DNA of 55,298 nucleotides, filler included, from Basidiobolus ranarum (Eukaryota): NCBI GenBank assembly GCA_040143965.1. It is 2 parts of 2 records of this genome, joined end to end, with 100 filler letters (N's around TTAATTAATTAA, not from the genome) between each part and the next. Parts side by side here need not be neighbours in the genome. Positions count along the whole stretch, not along the records: positions 27,754 to 55,298 come from JASJQH010000121.1; 1 more part is not named here. One strand, 5' to 3'. Shown piece by piece: positions 49,908 to 55,298 of this stretch (position 1 is its first letter; each line of letters starts with the position of its first letter). The notes under the pieces were generated by a model. It saw only the letters and a program-made list of their open reading frames with translations, ran no database searches and was not told where the DNA came from. The position numbers and the translations under genes were made by a program.

Positions 49908-50582
49908 CTGTTATAAAGTATTTACACCAAGGAAGTTTGCTGAAGACTGTCAATCAACAAAGAGGGTGTAGTTTTTTAGTTTTCAGAATATTCAAGATAG
50001 AATAGCCTATCCTAAATCAATAAACAAGTATCTCATGATCCGTATATTTAAATTATGAATGGATTTTTTCATCAGTGATGAGTGGCATTATTTGGTAGTA
50101 GCAGTTTTATTCAATGGATGATCCATCAGGGTGTCCACCCAAACGTATCAAATCACTTCCAACTCATGGATTCTTTTTGTTGTGAAAGTAGTGAATGCAC
50201 GTTAATCATAGGAGTAGCCTCTTATAGAACTGCGTTGATTAGTTGAATGTTACTTTCTGGAGTTTGCACTAGTCGTTTGATTAGTTGTTTTTGTACAAGA
50301 TTTCTGAATTTCATAGGAGACAACACATTGAGCGGATGTGACCATCTAAAACATGTTTCGCAGGACGAGTCATTGGCACAAACTTGTCCAATTCTACCAG
50401 CCTTGATGGGCCAATCAGTTCTACCACAAGATGCTTTTATATCGAGTTAAATGAGATGTTTAAAAATCAAGGAGTAGCAAGGCAAAGCGAATCTTTTTTT
50501 TTTTTGACTAAAAAATTTCCAATTATTTTCTATTGTCTACTTGAGGAACGGTGGTGCATTTACTCACAACCCAGTAGATACA

Positions 50583-53040
50583 ATGGAGAGTGATAAAATC
50601 AACGACTTAACACCTACAGTTAGCGAGACTAGTACTCCAAAACCAGAGGATATGAGTGCCGAACCTTTGCCTCCACCTCTGACGAGTACCCCTAGACCAC
50701 AAGATAGAGGTATTGCACCAATCAAGGCTGAGTAAGTTTTTTTTCGGAAGTGGTCTCGGTTTGTTCTTGTAGCCATTCACTTACAACGACTGACTGGTTA
50801 TATTGTGTATGTTTATTAGATATTTGGTGACTACAAAACCAAACCAAGAAAATCTCCAAGATAGTGACGAGGAAAAGGTATCAGAGCCTCCTAAGAAGCG
50901 TATGCGTGGTCAGAACAAGAACCGCGATACCCGAGTTCGCTCTGACGATGATATCCAAGTAATTATTTATAGTTATATTAGAATAACCGAGTCTGAGCTA
51001 ACAATAATGCTTTCAACTAGTTGTGCAACTTTATAAACAGGGGGCAAGAGTGTCCTCATGGTGACGGGTAAGTATTTATTCAAGCTTAAACCATTAGAAC
51101 CAGTTTTTCACCTTTCTCTCCCTGGTTAGATGTAAATTCACTCACGACTTGAAAGCGTATATGGCCGCTAAAGATGCTGACATTGGCGACAAATGTCCTC
51201 ACTTTGAAAATTATGGATCGTAAGCGTCATTTTATGTTAGTCTAAAGTGCCAAATAGAGATATTGATAGGAAGTTTTATCATTTCAGCTGTCCATATGGG
51301 TATAAATGTAGATATGCGAAACAGCATCTCACTGATGATTTAAAGCTAATTGTCAAGCCAGACCATGAGGTAAACACACACTTTACCCTTTTCATCTTTG
51401 TACTATCTTAACACTATTTTAACTTCTGCACCATAGGGAAAGGCTTATCTTAATGACGTCAAGAATACCATCTCTCGTGAGGCTCAAAAAAAATTACGCT
51501 TACGTCAGGTAATTGTTTCAGCTATTTCTCGAGTTATATGAAAACTATATCTCTAACGTTTAAATCATCTATGTATTCAGTATGGATTCCCCAAATCTAC
51601 TATCTACTTGAAGGAGTTAGATGATCAAAGGATCATCAATGAGCAGTCAACAGCAGCTGAATCTCAAAAGGTAGAAGTTGCGGAGGAACAAAAAGTTGAA
51701 TCGGTTGAACCTGAGAAGGTAGAAGTCCCTGAAGAACAGAAAGCCGAGCCAGTTGAATCTCAGAAGGTAGAAGCCTCTGAAGAACAGAAAGTCGAATCGG
51801 TTGATCCTGAAGAATTCCGTGATACACCAGATGTTCCTCTACGTGCGGTTGAGAAGAAAAAAATCGATTTCCGTGGCAAGACGTATCTTGCTCCTTTGAC
51901 TACCGTAGGAAATTTGCCTTTTAGACGAATTTGTAAGGAATTCGGTGTGGATATCACATGTGGAGAAATGGCTATGACATCCAATTTATTACAAGGACAG
52001 CAAACTGAATGGTCACATATGAGACGCCACAAATCAGAAGACATTTTCGGAGTTCAAATCTGCGGTAATAAACCGGAAACCTTAGTCAAGACTGCTGAAG
52101 TTATCAACAACGAGTTAGATGTTGATTTTGTCGATGTAAACTGTGGCTGTCCTATTGATATCGTATTTAAGAGAGGTGGTGGTAGTGGTTTGTTGAGTAA
52201 CGCCAACAAGCTTGGCAGATGCTTAAGAGGAATGAACAGAGTTTTGGATTGCCCTCTTACCATTAAATTCCGTATGGCTATCGTCGATAAAGAGCCCATA
52301 GGCCATAAATTGACTCCTAAATTCCAGGAATGGGGCTGCGCTTTAGGCACCTTACACGGAAGATCTAGACAGCAAAGATATACCAAGCTTGCTGATTGGG
52401 AGTATATTGAAAAGTGTGCTGGCTTAGTAGATGAGATGCCATTGTTTGGTAAGTTATACTTTCTCATTTAATCTGATCTATGTAACCAACATTTTTGTGC
52501 ACATTACTCAGGTAATGGAGATGTCCTTTCATGGGAAGAATATCATCAGAACGTATCTCGAAAGGGAGTAGCTGGTATCATGATAGGTCGAGGCGCGTTG
52601 ATAAAGCCTTGGATTTTCAACGAGATTCAGACCAAGAATCATTGGGATATTTCTGCGAACGAACGCTTCGACATAATCAAATCCTTCTGTAACTATGGTC
52701 TCGAGCATTGGGGATCTGACACTCAAGGTGTCAATACCACACGTAGATTCCTTCTTGAATGGCAGTCTTTCTTGTATAGGTCAGTCTTCCATAAAGATAA
52801 TTAAGAGAATGCAATTTATGCTGACATTTTTCTAGATATATCCCTGTTGGTCTTCTTGAAGTACTTCCTCAAAAGATTAACGAAAGACCACCACCTTTTG
52901 TTGGCCGTAATGACTTGGAAACATTGATGGCCAGTCCCAATGTTAGCGATTGGATTAAGCTGAGTGAAATGGTTCTGGGTCCAGCTCCAGAGAATTTCAA
53001 ATTCCTTCCCAAGCACAAATCCAACTCTTATGAAGGTTAA
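50583..53040 (+). CDS. DUS3: tRNA-dihydrouridine(47) synthase, multi-exon
   Basis: [24 protein letters not shown] zinc fingers, [53 protein letters not shown] and C-terminal [10 protein letters not shown]. Confidence 0.96.
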
Positions 53041-55224
53041 AGGTTGATGCATTTCCGTACCACGCTGAAATCACAAAACTCGTATTCCACGTTATTAGCA
53101 TAAATTTGCGGCAGTTTTTATTGAGATGATATATTTTTTTAATTGACAATTTCTTCAACAAATTTATCCCATAAAATCGATAAATCAAGAATTACATAGC
53201 TACATAGCTAATTTTCTATGACTGGAATCGTAGATATTTAACTTCAAAAAATGGTTTATAATACCTGAATTAGCAATTATGTTTCCTAGGGTTAACCATA
53301 TGCTTAGCTGTCTATTTGAAACTCTCCATATTTTTGTTCGTCAAAGGCATGGAATAATACATTAGGATTGAACGATCCTTGGCTTATTTAAAATGAATGA
53401 TATCTTCCAATTGAGAAAGCATGATTGATATTTCAATTTCCAAGCTAAATCAACAACGAAGTGTCTATACTACCATATCACTACTATATCACATAAAATG
53501 CATATCCATCCATGTTGTTATACTTACAAAATATGCTGAATATATCATTGTGATGCATCGATAAGAAACTGAAATATTATTCGATGATACCGCCACTGGA
53601 GTATTTAAAACCCGCAAGCCATGAATGTTAGTTTCCCAAATCTTCTCAATCATTCAGTAGTCGCCCAAAGTAAACAATGAAACTTTTCTTAGTGTTCAAA
53701 TATTAGTATAAAAAGAAAACGATGACTTAGATGTACCTTATGGGTGTAAACAAATAGGGGAAACAGTTTGTGGGTGATCCATGGGTTTGAGGATTTGACT
53801 TTTCACACTTTTCAAGGTTAAGCCTAACTATCCACTGTTTAGGAGTATAAGGGGGTTTTGAGAAATATCAAAGGAGAAATGAATGATTTGCACCTGAAAG
53901 TTGGTAAAATTGAGTACTGTACAAGTAACTACTCTATGCAAATAATTCACTTGAAAAATATGGAATTACTTTCATGATAGTTGCCAATTATTGTAATAGA
54001 CCAAGTTCAATGGGCTTCAAGGCTGCTATAGAATTGATTCAGAAAAGTCATCAAAACAGTACACTTGGTATGACTAGTTGAAACGTTGGTAGTTCTAAAG
54101 TATTCAATATAGTTCCACCAATCTTATCAAGTACCCATCATATAGATATGATATGCAGATTTAGTTTAATGAAAAGCAAGTAAGATATATATAGAAAATA
54201 ACTGCTATATTAAGAAACAATTCTAGCTCGAATCATGAATGGATAATTTCATTCCTAAACGCCTATTAATTGGATGCACTGATGGAAAGCGACTTGAACA
54301 TCGGAATCCAATAAAGAGTGCTTTATTCGGGAATATTGAAAGACTTGTCATATGCACAGTATTTAGTAAATACAGCATGAATATTGATTTGGCGATCCAT
54401 TTCTATAATTAAATATCCCCTGGATGCGATACAATATTGGCCAAACAAGGTATAAATAGATTCTGTGGAATGAGGTTGGCTCCATAATGGAATTAGTGTG
54501 GGATTTTCTATATATATCCACTGGCCTGGTGATTCATAAGATTTGGAGTGCAATGATGGCAATGGTTGAGATTTCCCTCCATATTTTTTGTTTAAACTCT
54601 GAAATCAATGATGTACGAGTGTTTCATTTCCAGGCAATCTATGTCGTCATCAGGTTGATGTTGAGTGAATACTCTGAGATAAGGGGGCGGTGTCTTTGAC
54701 GTGTGCATAGAATATTTTCTCATGGTTTTGAAACGGTATTGTCCACATTAATCATACCATGACAAACCCTAAGTGGAATTCCCCTAGTGTCTTCAACTCC
54801 TACTCAACCAACACAGCAAAGAATAGATTGGGTAGGCGGTTCAATAGAATGATGGTCTATTGAATACCCTAAGAGCCCCCGTTAGTGTTGGACATCGGAG
54901 GTAAGAAAGGGCGCCATTACTGATACAGATGAAAGGGTAGAGTGCGTTTTGATACCTCATCTAGGGCTTGATGGGAGGGGTTAATAATGCACCACGCCTT
55001 GGTTAAAAACAATTTCTGTTCCGACTTACCCAAACATGCAGGTGCTGCGTAGATGATGAAAGCATCATCCACTTCTGCGGTGCCAACCCAAAGTACGTCA
55101 TGTCTTTCCTACAGAGCCCCTGATTGAGTCCAGAAATGGGCCCAAATACTCATGGGAAACCTTTCTGACTAAAGCGAGGTAACATCATTCTAAATTTCAG
55201 GTGTAAGTGATGAGCGTGTCATAC

Positions 55225-55298
55225 TCGCTTCACGATAAAATGGGACTGTTGAACTTAAGCCAGTCAAATTGAAATCGTCTTCTATAAAATCTTCTGAT
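55225..55298 (-). CDS. CKB1: Casein kinase II regulatory beta subunit, one internal exon at the window edge (downstream exons not found)
   Basis: Reads SEDFIEDDFNLTGLSSTVPFYREA followed by a GTATGA donor. The DFIEDDFNLTGL...VPFY..A signature is characteristic of CK2-beta. Confidence 0.7.

Overview
AT-rich eukaryotic genomic DNA with short (about 50-100 nt) GT-AG introns, from an early-diverging fungus. A Basidiobolus-like zoopagomycete is my inference from gene style and the bacterial-type terpene cyclase. About 20 protein genes can be reconstructed. They encode a tyrosine-phosphatase-family protein, a LAG1-type ceramide synthase, a Zn2Cys6 transcription factor, an intronless class I terpene cyclase with an unusual ~80-aa insert, a coiled-coil/BEN-like protein, a CAP59/CMT1-like mannosyltransferase, a PWWP/Tudor-like protein, casein kinase I, a LYR protein, NOSIP, a single OB-fold protein, PGK, a DLT1-like protein, a large low-complexity protein, a signal peptide-FN2-like-TM-SH3 receptor-like protein, a small PY-motif membrane protein, BLOC1S2, POL5/MYBBP1A, WAPL, DUS3 and an edge fragment of CK2-beta. 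The window is broken by a 100-nt artificial gap with a TTAATTAATTAA linker at 27654-27753. Left of the gap is a nested inverted/direct (foldback-like) repeat. Right of the gap, and missed by the ORF track, is the C-terminal RuvC-II/zinc-finger/RuvC-III part of a Fanzor (eukaryotic TnpB-like RNA-guided nuclease). It carries a 51-nt spliceosomal intron and nonsense mutations and is followed by a candidate omegaRNA region. All family assignments are from motif recognition by eye; no database searches were run.
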